Both the position numbers and the translations under genes were made by a program. 32,604 nucleotides of DNA from a virus. Taxonomy: Duplodnaviria; Caudoviricetes. Below, one piece after another: positions 25,937-32,604 of the stretch; positions within the stretch are counted from its first letter, which is position 1, and each line of letters begins with the position of its first letter. The stretch covers positions 1-32,604 of the IMG/VR virus record IMGVR_UViG_3300017747_003642; one strand, given 5' to 3'. The notes beneath the pieces are model-generated. The model ran no database searches. It saw only the letters and a list, made by a program, of their open reading frames with translations, and had not been told where the DNA came from.

Positions 25937-26403
25937 TACCGCTTCACCTTCAAGGCTTTGCGCGCGCACGCGCGGGCGGCGCGCGCCAGGTTCCTGCCCA
26001 TGCTTTGCGACAAGCCATTGAAGACGGCCTGAAGGTTCGATATCCAGGCCGGCCGCATGAACGGATGCGGCGCCGAATGAACCGTCCCGAATTCGACAAG
26101 ATGGGCGGCGCGGCCATCAAACTTACCGCCGACCAGGCCGGCGCCGACGTAGGCTTCAACGCCGCTCGCGCTCACAATCGGCTGATTGAGGCTCTTCTGT
26201 CGCCGCATCAATCGCCAGCCTATGCCGATGGACCGCTGAAGCCTTCCTTCGCGCACCGGGACACGGCCCCTTGCGGACTCGGCAACCGGCTTCAGCGACT
26301 CGGTCAATGCCGACCGAACGACACGAAGAGCCGTCACGCCTTCAAGCTCCATCAAGCCGGCTTGAAGTTCCTTCGCGCCTTCGAATTTCAGGCTTGGCTT
26401 CAT
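25936..26403 (-). CDS. HK97 gp10-like tail completion protein
   Basis: VPVREGRLQRSI and AHLVEFGTVHSAPHPFMRPAW. ATG 26403 by ATGA overlap. Confidence 0.9.
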   Translation of the reverse strand: MKPSLKFEGAKELQAGLMELEGVTALRVVRSALTESLKPVAESARGRVPVREGRLQRSIGIGWRLMRRQKSLNQPIVSASGVEAYVGAGLVGGKFDGRAAHLVEFGTVHSAPHPFMRPAWISNLQAVFNGLSQSMGRNLARAARACARKALKVKR

Positions 26404-26738
26404 CCGGACACCGGCAAGCCGTCGGCGCGCGTGCGGCCGATCACCCAAAGAAGTTCCGGCCGCGTCGGCGACTCGGTGATGGCGTGAATTCGCCAGGTCT
26501 TGCCCTCAAAAATAAACCTGTCGACCGGCGACAGGCCGGCACGGTCGCGAAGCTCGATCTTTACCGTCTGTTCATCGACATTCTCGCCGGCTTGAATGAA
26601 TTCAGCGCCGGACAGATTGAGCTTGCCGCACCACGTTTCGAACGACGTGGCCCACGTCTTGACGTCGTTGCCGGTTCCGTCCTTCGTAACGGTTGCAGTC
26701 TGCCAGGTAACTCGCCTGTCGAGACTTCCGGCGACCAT
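26400..26738 (-). CDS. head-closure / head-tail adaptor (SPP1 gp16-like)
   Basis: MVAGSLDRRVTWQ...D.TGN....W, E...A, IELR, DRFIFEGKTWRI. GGGAG RBS before ATG at 26738-26741. Confidence 0.88.
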   Translation of the reverse strand: MVAGSLDRRVTWQTATVTKDGTGNDVKTWATSFETWCGKLNLSGAEFIQAGENVDEQTVKIELRDRAGLSPVDRFIFEGKTWRIHAITESPTRPELLWVIGRTRADGLPVSG

Positions 26739-26742
26739 GACG

Positions 26743-27459
26743 TTACTCCCGATAGTGTTCCGCGACCCATGGCGCGCGGCGTTGAATGGCCGGCGACCAC
26801 GGATCGCCGCCGGAGCCGTGAAAGTAGACGATCCGCGCGTCGGCCGGGAGAGTGCCACGATTCCGCCGAAGGTGCATCCGCCATGAATAGACGCCGTCGG
26901 CGCGGGTCCATTTGGACTCGTGGCGGCCAAGACATGCGCCGATCCAAGCTTGATCCGACCCGACATAGTGCAGAGCGCTCGCCCGACGCGGCGATTCGAC
27001 TGGGTCGAATTGCTCCCAAACCTGCGGCCTGGCGCCCGCGTCCATCATGAACATGGAGCCATTGTAGGGCGAGCCGTTTACCTGGCCCTCCCACATGACG
27101 AACGACTCCGGCCGGTTGAATATCGGCCGAAGGTCGCCGGTCACGACGCAATCGAGGTCTATGGACACGAAGCGCGGGCCTATCAGGTCGGCCGCGTCGC
27201 GCGAGAAGACCCGGAGCCGGCGATAGCATGACGGGTTCGCTTGGCCGTGTGGCGATATCAGCTTGGCGTGATCCGACCAAAGCGGGATGATCCGGACTCG
27301 CGTGTCAATGTCGCGGCCGTCGTCGGTGATACACGACAGGCGAAACGGCTCCGGATAGTGCCGGGCGATCATGGCGCGCAAAATGTTCACATGCTGCGGC
27401 CGGAATGTGGAGCGGTAGCCATAAGCCGGCTTCCACTTCCAACAAATCACTTCAAGCAT
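26743..27459 (-). CDS. GT-A fold glycosyltransferase (GT8-like)
   Basis: VICWKW, HVNILRAMIARH, CITDD, FVSIDLDCVVTGDL (DxD), YNGSMF, SDQAWI, IVYFHG..DPW. Confidence 0.85.
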   Translation of the reverse strand: MLEVICWKWKPAYGYRSTFRPQHVNILRAMIARHYPEPFRLSCITDDGRDIDTRVRIIPLWSDHAKLISPHGQANPSCYRRLRVFSRDAADLIGPRFVSIDLDCVVTGDLRPIFNRPESFVMWEGQVNGSPYNGSMFMMDAGARPQVWEQFDPVESPRRASALHYVGSDQAWIGACLGRHESKWTRADGVYSWRMHLRRNRGTLPADARIVYFHGSGGDPWSPAIQRRAPWVAEHYRE

Positions 27460-27462
27460 TGA

Positions 27463-27633
27463 TTACTCTTCGGACTTCAGCGCGCGAATCCTCTTCGCGG
27501 CTGCGATTGCGTTATAGGGGCCTTCGCGGTTGCATTGGTCGACGACCTTCGCGGCCTCTTCAAGCGTATCATTTCGAATCCGCCGGAAGTGCGCCGCCTC
27601 TGCAATCTGACGTCCTAAAAGTGGCCCGTTCAT
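27463..27633 (-). CDS. small hypothetical protein (56 aa)
   Basis: Fills the gap between two GT genes. MNGPLLG...RNDTLEEAAKVVD...AAKRIRALKSEE. Confidence 0.6.
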   Translation of the reverse strand: MNGPLLGRQIAEAAHFRRIRNDTLEEAAKVVDQCNREGPYNAIAAAKRIRALKSEE

Positions 27634-27652
27634 TTGAAGACCTAAATAGCTT

Positions 27653-28366
27653 CTAATTAGATACCGGGCGCGCGAAGCCGTGACGCGCTGCCCACTCAAA
27701 AAACAACGGCTTCCCGGTGAAGCTATCACCCATAAAATGCATGACGTAAGCGTCGCTCGCCGGATCGGCCGGGTTGATTTGATATCCGTGATTCCACCGG
27801 TCGAGCGGCAGAAACGCCACGTCGAGCGCCCGGCGCCGATGAATGCCGAAGTCTTTCGGCATCGGAATCAGCGCCCGCTCTATCGCGATCATGTCTTCAC
27901 ACATGGCCGCGCCGGTATCGTCGGCGATCAGCCGGAAGAGCGGCGCGACCTTCTCGCGACTGTCGGCCGGCACGAACATGAAGCCATTATTCAGGCGCCA
28001 TTTTTTGTGGCCCTTCATGAAGGCGATTGCAAGATCACACTTTGGCAGCGCGTCGCGGAAGTCTTGGCGAATGATACAGTCGGCGCCGACGAAGACGGTA
28101 TTGCATCCGCGCGAGTGCGGAGACTCCAGCCAACGCGCCTGAATTTCCGTCGTCGACCGCATGAGGCTATCGGGCAGGTCGGCCATGTAAGGCGTAAGGC
28201 CGGCGCACTCGATGGCCTCGGAAGTCCGACAGTCCGTTAGCACAACGTGGTCATATCCGACCCGTCGGCACGAAGCGTCGAGTATCTTCAGCATGTCGAG
28301 ATAGGGCGCGGCCTTCGGATATTCCTTCGGCCGATGCACCCAAAACGAACAGACGGTAATTTTCAT
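27653..28366 (-). CDS. nucleotide-diphospho-sugar transferase-like protein, paralog B
   Basis: ATG 28366 (ATGA overlap, GGAG RBS). HVVLTD, VFVGADCII, LNNGFMFV, EDMIAI, FLPLDRWN, VMHFMG follow the GT-A motif order. Confidence 0.75.
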   Translation of the reverse strand: MKITVCSFWVHRPKEYPKAAPYLDMLKILDASCRRVGYDHVVLTDCRTSEAIECAGLTPYMADLPDSLMRSTTEIQARWLESPHSRGCNTVFVGADCIIRQDFRDALPKCDLAIAFMKGHKKWRLNNGFMFVPADSREKVAPLFRLIADDTGAAMCEDMIAIERALIPMPKDFGIHRRRALDVAFLPLDRWNHGYQINPADPASDAYVMHFMGDSFTGKPLFFEWAARHGFARPVSN

Positions 28367-29070
28367 TCGGTCCACTCCGGCCGATGGCGCGCGCACCATT
28401 CCGGCATGTACTTTCGGTTTTTCCCCCGGAAATGCAGCACGCAAGCACCGCGCGCCGGGTCCTTCACCGATACTGGCGACTGATTGTGAACGTGCATCGG
28501 CAGAAAGGCGACCTTGAGGCCGCGCCGTTCGAAGACGCCATGTCGAGCCGGCATCGGCGCAAGCGCTTCTTCGATTGCCCGCTGATCGTCGCACCATTTC
28601 GTTCCCGTCGTGTTGGCGATGGTCCGGAACGTCTCGGCCGCCAGGCGCCGCGCGTGATCGCGGATCATGATGGCGCCAGTATTGATCGGATAGCGGTCAT
28701 GGCCTGGCCGGAGCGTGACGCAAAGGTCGACGGCGACCGTATTAGGAAAGACGTCGTCGGGATGCTGAAGAATCAAACAATCGGCGCCGACCGTGATTGT
28801 ATCGGCGCCGTGCCAATCGCCGCGCTCCATCCATTGCGCCTGAATCTCGGTGCAAGACTGCATGAGCGAAATCGGCAGCGCGGCCTCGAATGTGGCGAGT
28901 CCCTCTTGCCGCAGAACCGGCGCCGTCGCCTGATCCGTCAAGACGACGTGCCGAAGGTCGAGCGCGTCGCATGACTTCTGAAGAAGCCGGAGCATCGGCA
29001 GATAGTTGTTGCCGCGCGGGTTTTCGGCCGGCCGATGGACATAGAACGAACAGACATTGAGTCGCTGCAT
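28363..29070 (-). CDS. nucleotide-diphospho-sugar transferase-like protein, paralog A
   Basis: HVVLTD, ITVGADCLI, DLCVTLR, INTGAIMI, WCDDQRAI, FLPMHVHN, VLHFRGKNRK. Confidence 0.78.
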   Translation of the reverse strand: MQRLNVCSFYVHRPAENPRGNNYLPMLRLLQKSCDALDLRHVVLTDQATAPVLRQEGLATFEAALPISLMQSCTEIQAQWMERGDWHGADTITVGADCLILQHPDDVFPNTVAVDLCVTLRPGHDRYPINTGAIMIRDHARRLAAETFRTIANTTGTKWCDDQRAIEEALAPMPARHGVFERRGLKVAFLPMHVHNQSPVSVKDPARGACVLHFRGKNRKYMPEWCARHRPEWTE

Positions 29071-29071
29071 G

Positions 29072-29773
29072 TCAGCGGCCGTCGAATTGATAGCGACCGT
29101 TCAACAGGAAGTTATCGACGCGGTCGGCGGCGGCAGCACTCGCCGGCATCCCAAACACCTTCGCGCCGCTCGCGACGCACTTCACCACCACGGCACCGGC
29201 CGCGATAATGGCGCCGTCGCCGATGGTCACGCCAGGCAGGATGATGGCGCCGACGCCGACGAAGACGCGCTTTCCGATGATCGGCGCCGCGCGCGTGCCG
29301 CGATCCTGATAGTCCGCGAGATCGATATGCCGGTCATTCGCGGTCCACACGCCAGGCCCGATGAAAGAGCCGTCGCCGATGACGGTTCCGCCGGCAATGT
29401 GGGCGCCGTTCAGAATGCGGACGTCGTCGGCGATCAGCGCGCCATATTGGATATCGACATTCGTTCCGATGACGCACCGCGCGCCTATGCGCGTATCCTC
29501 GCGGATGGTCACGCGGTCGCCTAGTCGACAGTCGGCGCCGATGCGAACGCCGGCATAGAGGATCAGTCCGGCGCCGATTATCGTTCCGCTGCCGATGCTG
29601 CCGGCGCCGTGATCCTGGCGCACGGTCCGCCGGTTCGCGGCGTTCGCGAGCGGCTGAAGACCGAAGACCGGATTCGGGCCGACGATGACGCCAAGGCCCA
29701 TGACGGGCCACGGCGCCACCGGATACGGCCTAAGCTCATGTCCTAATTGGGCGGTTGTGGAAGTCGGGTCCAT
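29072..29773 (-). CDS. hexapeptide-repeat (left-handed beta helix) acyl/acetyltransferase
   Basis: Many [IV]GxxxxIG repeats, FIGPGVWTAND, IGKRVFVGVGAIILPGVTIGDGAIIAAGAVVVK, VFGMPA. Resembles sugar N/O-acetyltransferases of the WbpD type. Confidence 0.9.
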   Translation of the reverse strand: MDPTSTTAQLGHELRPYPVAPWPVMGLGVIVGPNPVFGLQPLANAANRRTVRQDHGAGSIGSGTIIGAGLILYAGVRIGADCRLGDRVTIREDTRIGARCVIGTNVDIQYGALIADDVRILNGAHIAGGTVIGDGSFIGPGVWTANDRHIDLADYQDRGTRAAPIIGKRVFVGVGAIILPGVTIGDGAIIAAGAVVVKCVASGAKVFGMPASAAAADRVDNFLLNGRYQFDGR

Positions 29774-30530
29774 GAACTTGCTCCCAAGGGAAATTTAGAA
29801 CGGTGATCTTGCGGGCCGCGCCTCGCGCTCGCTTCTCGTCGGCGATTCGTTGTTTCGTCCCGAGGTCGCGGCCTTCTTTGCGCGCGACGTCCCGAGTCGA
29901 AGCGTCCGGGATGACGTCGCGCGAAACTCGAATCAGCGGTGCATGGACAAGATGGCATTCGGGCGCGGCCTTATAGAGCCGCTTCCGGAAGACTCCATCG
30001 GTGCCATACACGCCGCAATAGTCTTCATCGTATCCGCCAATTTCCCAATAAAGCTTGCGGGCGATGGCGAATGAATTGACGTGCGGTTTTAGGCTTCCAT
30101 TCGCGCGCTTCGTGCGCTCCATGGTCGACGCATGGTCGGACCGCCAAGGTTCTAGCGGAGCGTCGACGCGGCCGAACGTGAACACCCGGCCGCGATCCTT
30201 TGCCGCCAGCACTTCGGCCAGCGTGTCGGCCGGGATGACGTGGTCATGATCGGTCATCAACAGGAAGGGATGCGCGGCCACATGGGCGCCAAGGTTGCGC
30301 GCGGCGTGCTGATGCCACGGCCGGTCTTCAAGGATGCGATAGATGGACAGCGCCGGAAGTCCGTCAGGTCGCTCGACGTCGAGTGCCGGCTCCGGCGAAC
30401 CGTCGTCGACTATGACGATTTCGACTTGGTCCTTCAGGGCTGCCGGCCACTCTTGCGACCATATCCGATAGTGACGGGCCAGCATTCGCGGGTTGCGGTA
30501 GTACGGCATCACGACGGAAAGCGGCGTCAT
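29736..30530 (-). CDS. GT2-family glycosyltransferase (GT7-like C-terminal motif)
   Basis: LSVVMPYY, IVIVDDGS, AARNLGA, LLMTDHDH (DxD), IGGYDEDYCGVYGTD. ATG 30530 by ATGA overlap. Confidence 0.9.
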   Translation of the reverse strand: MTPLSVVMPYYRNPRMLARHYRIWSQEWPAALKDQVEIVIVDDGSPEPALDVERPDGLPALSIYRILEDRPWHQHAARNLGAHVAAHPFLLMTDHDHVIPADTLAEVLAAKDRGRVFTFGRVDAPLEPWRSDHASTMERTKRANGSLKPHVNSFAIARKLYWEIGGYDEDYCGVYGTDGVFRKRLYKAAPECHLVHAPLIRVSRDVIPDASTRDVARKEGRDLGTKQRIADEKRARGAARKITVLNFPWEQVHGPDFHNRPIRT

Positions 30531-30655
30531 CGGGCCTGGCCGATCTTGATGTAGGCGAATATCCATCCCGCCACGAAGCCGCCAAAAAAACCCACCGCGC
30601 TCGCGACACTTACCGCGCCAATCAGCACGCCGGACACGGTCAAGGCTTCGATCAT
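30527..30655 (-). CDS. 42-aa single-pass membrane peptide
   Basis: Below track cut-off. MIEALTVSGVLIGAVSVASAVGFFGGFVAGWIFAYIKIGQAR, with exact ATGA overlaps to the connector gene upstream and GT2 downstream. Confidence 0.7.
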   Translation of the reverse strand: MIEALTVSGVLIGAVSVASAVGFFGGFVAGWIFAYIKIGQAR

Positions 30656-31251
30656 CGGTAAATGCGCTTTCGGTGCATCAAGTGTTCGGCGGCCTTCGGT
30701 AGCACGCTCGACGTCCGGCCCACAATCACGTCCTCCCGGTTCGCGTGAAGATGGCCGACCGTGAGGAAGATCGCGGCCTTGATGACCGGCGGAAGCAATA
30801 GCTCCGGGTCCGTGCCGCTCGACCCATCATCGGCGTCATAGCCCACCGTCAGTTCAATCGAAATCTGTTCGGCCGGCTCTTCGCGCAAGGTCGGCCAGGT
30901 GAAGGCGCTTGCTAGCGTGACGATGCCGCCGTCAGAGGTCGGCGCGAACGACCAAAGGTCGCCGTCTAGTTCCTGTTCGTCGCCGGCTTCGTCGAAATAC
31001 TTCAGCGCGTCGACAGAGACAATTGGCGCGATAGGCAGGTAGAACGACGAACAGCCCGGCCATTCGCTGAAGGTCGCGGCCCATTCGCCTTGATTCAGAA
31101 TGCGATTTGTATAGATGGCCGCGTCTTCAATGGCCGCGTCAAGATACGTTGCGATCAAGTCGTCTTCCAATTCGTGATCCACCCGAAGGTGGCTCTTCAC
31201 GGCCGCAAGCGTCACGGCGCGTTGTAGCGGGATAGACGTTTGACGAAGCAT
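30652..31251 (-). CDS. head-tail connector (HK97 gp6 / phiE125 gp8-like)
   Basis: VTLAAVKSHLRVD..EDDLIATYLDAA, YTNR, LPIAPIVSV..LKYFD, IKAAIFLTVGHLHANRE. Confidence 0.92.
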   Translation of the reverse strand: MLRQTSIPLQRAVTLAAVKSHLRVDHELEDDLIATYLDAAIEDAAIYTNRILNQGEWAATFSEWPGCSSFYLPIAPIVSVDALKYFDEAGDEQELDGDLWSFAPTSDGGIVTLASAFTWPTLREEPAEQISIELTVGYDADDGSSGTDPELLLPPVIKAAIFLTVGHLHANREDVIVGRTSSVLPKAAEHLMHRKRIYR

Positions 31252-31266
31252 CGGACCGCCTGGCGC

Positions 31267-31300
31267 AAAAAGGGACGGGCGACCATACGGCCGCCCGCCC
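31267..31300 (-). terminator. rho-independent terminator after major capsid gene
   Basis: Minus strand GGGCGGGCGGCC-GTAT-GGTCGCCCGTCCC followed by TTTTT, starting about 24 nt after the capsid stop. Confidence 0.8.
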
Positions 31301-31323
31301 CCGTTTGCCAAGCCCGATAGAGC

Positions 31324-32604
31324 TTAGGACATTTCGCCGAAGTCGCCATAGATCAGCGCTTCGTCGCGGTAAACCACGACCGTCAAGCGCTTCTCGGCGC
31401 GGATCGTGACTAGGTTGCGCTGGAAGTTGTCGGAGTCTTCGGTCGAAAGCTCGACGACCGTGTCCTCACGGTCGAAAATCTGCGCCGCCGGAATGAAGGC
31501 GCCGATAAGGAACTTCGTCACCGTCATGGCCTGGCTTTCGACGATGGGCAGGCCCCACAGAGACGGCGGGCCCAGGCGCGACGGATTGCCGACGACATAG
31601 TTTTCGTTGGCATCCTTGATGAGTTCGATCCGCGCCCAATCCTGATGATGCATGACGATACCGGTAGCCGGCCACTGAGAAAGGGCCGCCTGCAAGATCG
31701 CCTTGCGGATGACGTCGATGGACGACTCGGCCTCAACCGTGAACGGGTCGCTATAGGCGGTCGAGTTGTTGATAAGGCCGTCGAGATTGACGCCCGTTCC
31801 GTCGCCGGTCAGAAGCTGGCGATCCTCGACAATATCGAGGCCCCAGCGGAGTCGCGCGTCGATCAGGCTTTGCAGGCCCGGCGCGTCGTCGAGAATCTGA
31901 GTCGACGCCTTCAGGAAGTGCGCGAGCGTCCGGACGTTCGCGGTCTTGAGTTCAAGCTGAATGGTCGACTCGCCCTTCGTTGCGCCTTCCGACGTCTGCA
32001 TCGCGGCGTTGTTCGTGAAGAGCTTTTCCTTGGCGTATTCGATCGTATTCGAAGACGTCCGGCCCGGAAGCAGGATATCGCGGATGCGCGGGCGCTCGAC
32101 GGCGAAGCGCTGAATGCCCGTCAGGCGGTCCTTGGGCACGCCAGCACCGGCAGAGCCGGCCGCGTCGGTCGTAAGCGAGGTCACGACCTGGCGGAACTTG
32201 CCCTTGGCGCCCTTCGCCATGAACGCCTTGAAGGCGTCGGACTCCACGACCTGCTGGCCGGCGGTCTTGGTTTCCTCGCCGCCCAGGCCCGACTCGCGCA
32301 AGCGGGCAAGAGACTGTTCCAGCGTCGCGAGCTTGGTAGCCGTCTCGGTGGCCGTGCTGATCGCCTTGTCGGCGGCGGCCTTGGCTTCGGTCGACGCGGC
32401 GCCGACCGTCCGATATTGCTGAAGGACGGTTTCGGCCGACTCCTTCAACTTGTCCGTCGTATCCTTGACGTCCTTGCCAAGCTGATTGACCTGAGTTTCG
32501 AGCGCCTTGAAGTCGACGCCGTGATCGCCAGGCTTATCGAACGCGACACGCGGGAAGCCCATCACGCGCGCGTGAGCCAGCGCCGCAATGTGGCCGTAGC
32601 TCCC
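31324..32604 (-). CDS. HK97-family major capsid protein (frame open to the window edge, start probably outside)
   Basis: Coiled-coil delta domain, IRDILLPGRTSSNTIEY, EGATKGES, VRTLAHFLKASTQILDD, LLTGDGTG.NL.G, LWGLPIV, FQRNLVTIRAEKR. No stop in 32566-32604. Confidence 0.97.
   Translation of the reverse strand, partial: GSYGHIAALAHARVMGFPRVAFDKPGDHGVDFKALETQVNQLGKDVKDTTDKLKESAETVLQQYRTVGAASTEAKAAADKAISTATETATKLATLEQSLARLRESGLGGEETKTAGQQVVESDAFKAFMAKGAKGKFRQVVTSLTTDAAGSAGAGVPKDRLTGIQRFAVERPRIRDILLPGRTSSNTIEYAKEKLFTNNAAMQTSEGATKGESTIQLELKTANVRTLAHFLKASTQILDDAPGLQSLIDARLRWGLDIVEDRQLLTGDGTGVNLDGLINNSTAYSDPFTVEAESSIDVIRKAILQAALSQWPATGIVMHHQDWARIELIKDANENYVVGNPSRLGPPSLWGLPIVESQAMTVTKFLIGAFIPAAQIFDREDTVVELSTEDSDNFQRNLVTIRAEKRLTVVVYRDEALIYGDFGEMS

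Noticed and set aside
26743-30530. GT cassette as a Gtr-type serotype-conversion moron or host LPS island
   Set aside because: No flippase or polytopic membrane transferase, no separate promoter or opposite orientation, and it is coupled to neck genes. Disfavoured, not excluded.
4046-31311. Upstream-extended starts in the ORF track (4046, 15959, 24365, 26966, 28597, 30566, 31311)
   Set aside because: Internal ATGs with RBS or stop-start overlap fit better, and the extensions overlap neighbouring genes or the terminator.
1-32604. tRNA, rRNA, CRISPR array, IS element, intron or intein
   Set aside because: No cloverleaf, spaced repeats, transposase or interrupted conserved gene recognised by eye. 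A tRNAscan/Infernal run would be needed to exclude small RNAs.

Overview
GC-rich, gene-dense segment of a tailed dsDNA phage with HK97-type capsid and long non-contractile tail. The gene content (GapR-like protein, GTA-like tail chaperone, DUF3168-type terminator) suggests an alphaproteobacterial host, which is an inference. There are three blocks. (1) 1-2571, minus strand: Cro-like HTH, GapR-like/RMF-like protein, RuvC, two unknowns and a truncated MT-A70 methyltransferase missing from the ORF track. (2) 2667-10244, plus strand, from a palindromic divergent promoter: RecE-like exonuclease, Sak4-like ATPase, J-domain protein and about 20 small, mostly translationally coupled ORFs. (3) 10201-32604, minus strand: major capsid (cut by the window edge), neck, tail, tape measure, tail tip, fibre and lysis genes. 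No CI repressor or integrase is visible where a lambdoid layout would place them. The most unusual feature is a translationally coupled cassette of four predicted glycosyltransferases plus a hexapeptide acyltransferase inserted between the head-tail connector and head-closure genes (26743-30655), a candidate virion glycosylation system. A second insertion of three putative virion appendage genes, one with an SGNH/SASA esterase-like domain, lies between tail terminator and tail tube. All family calls come from reading motifs by eye, with no database searches.
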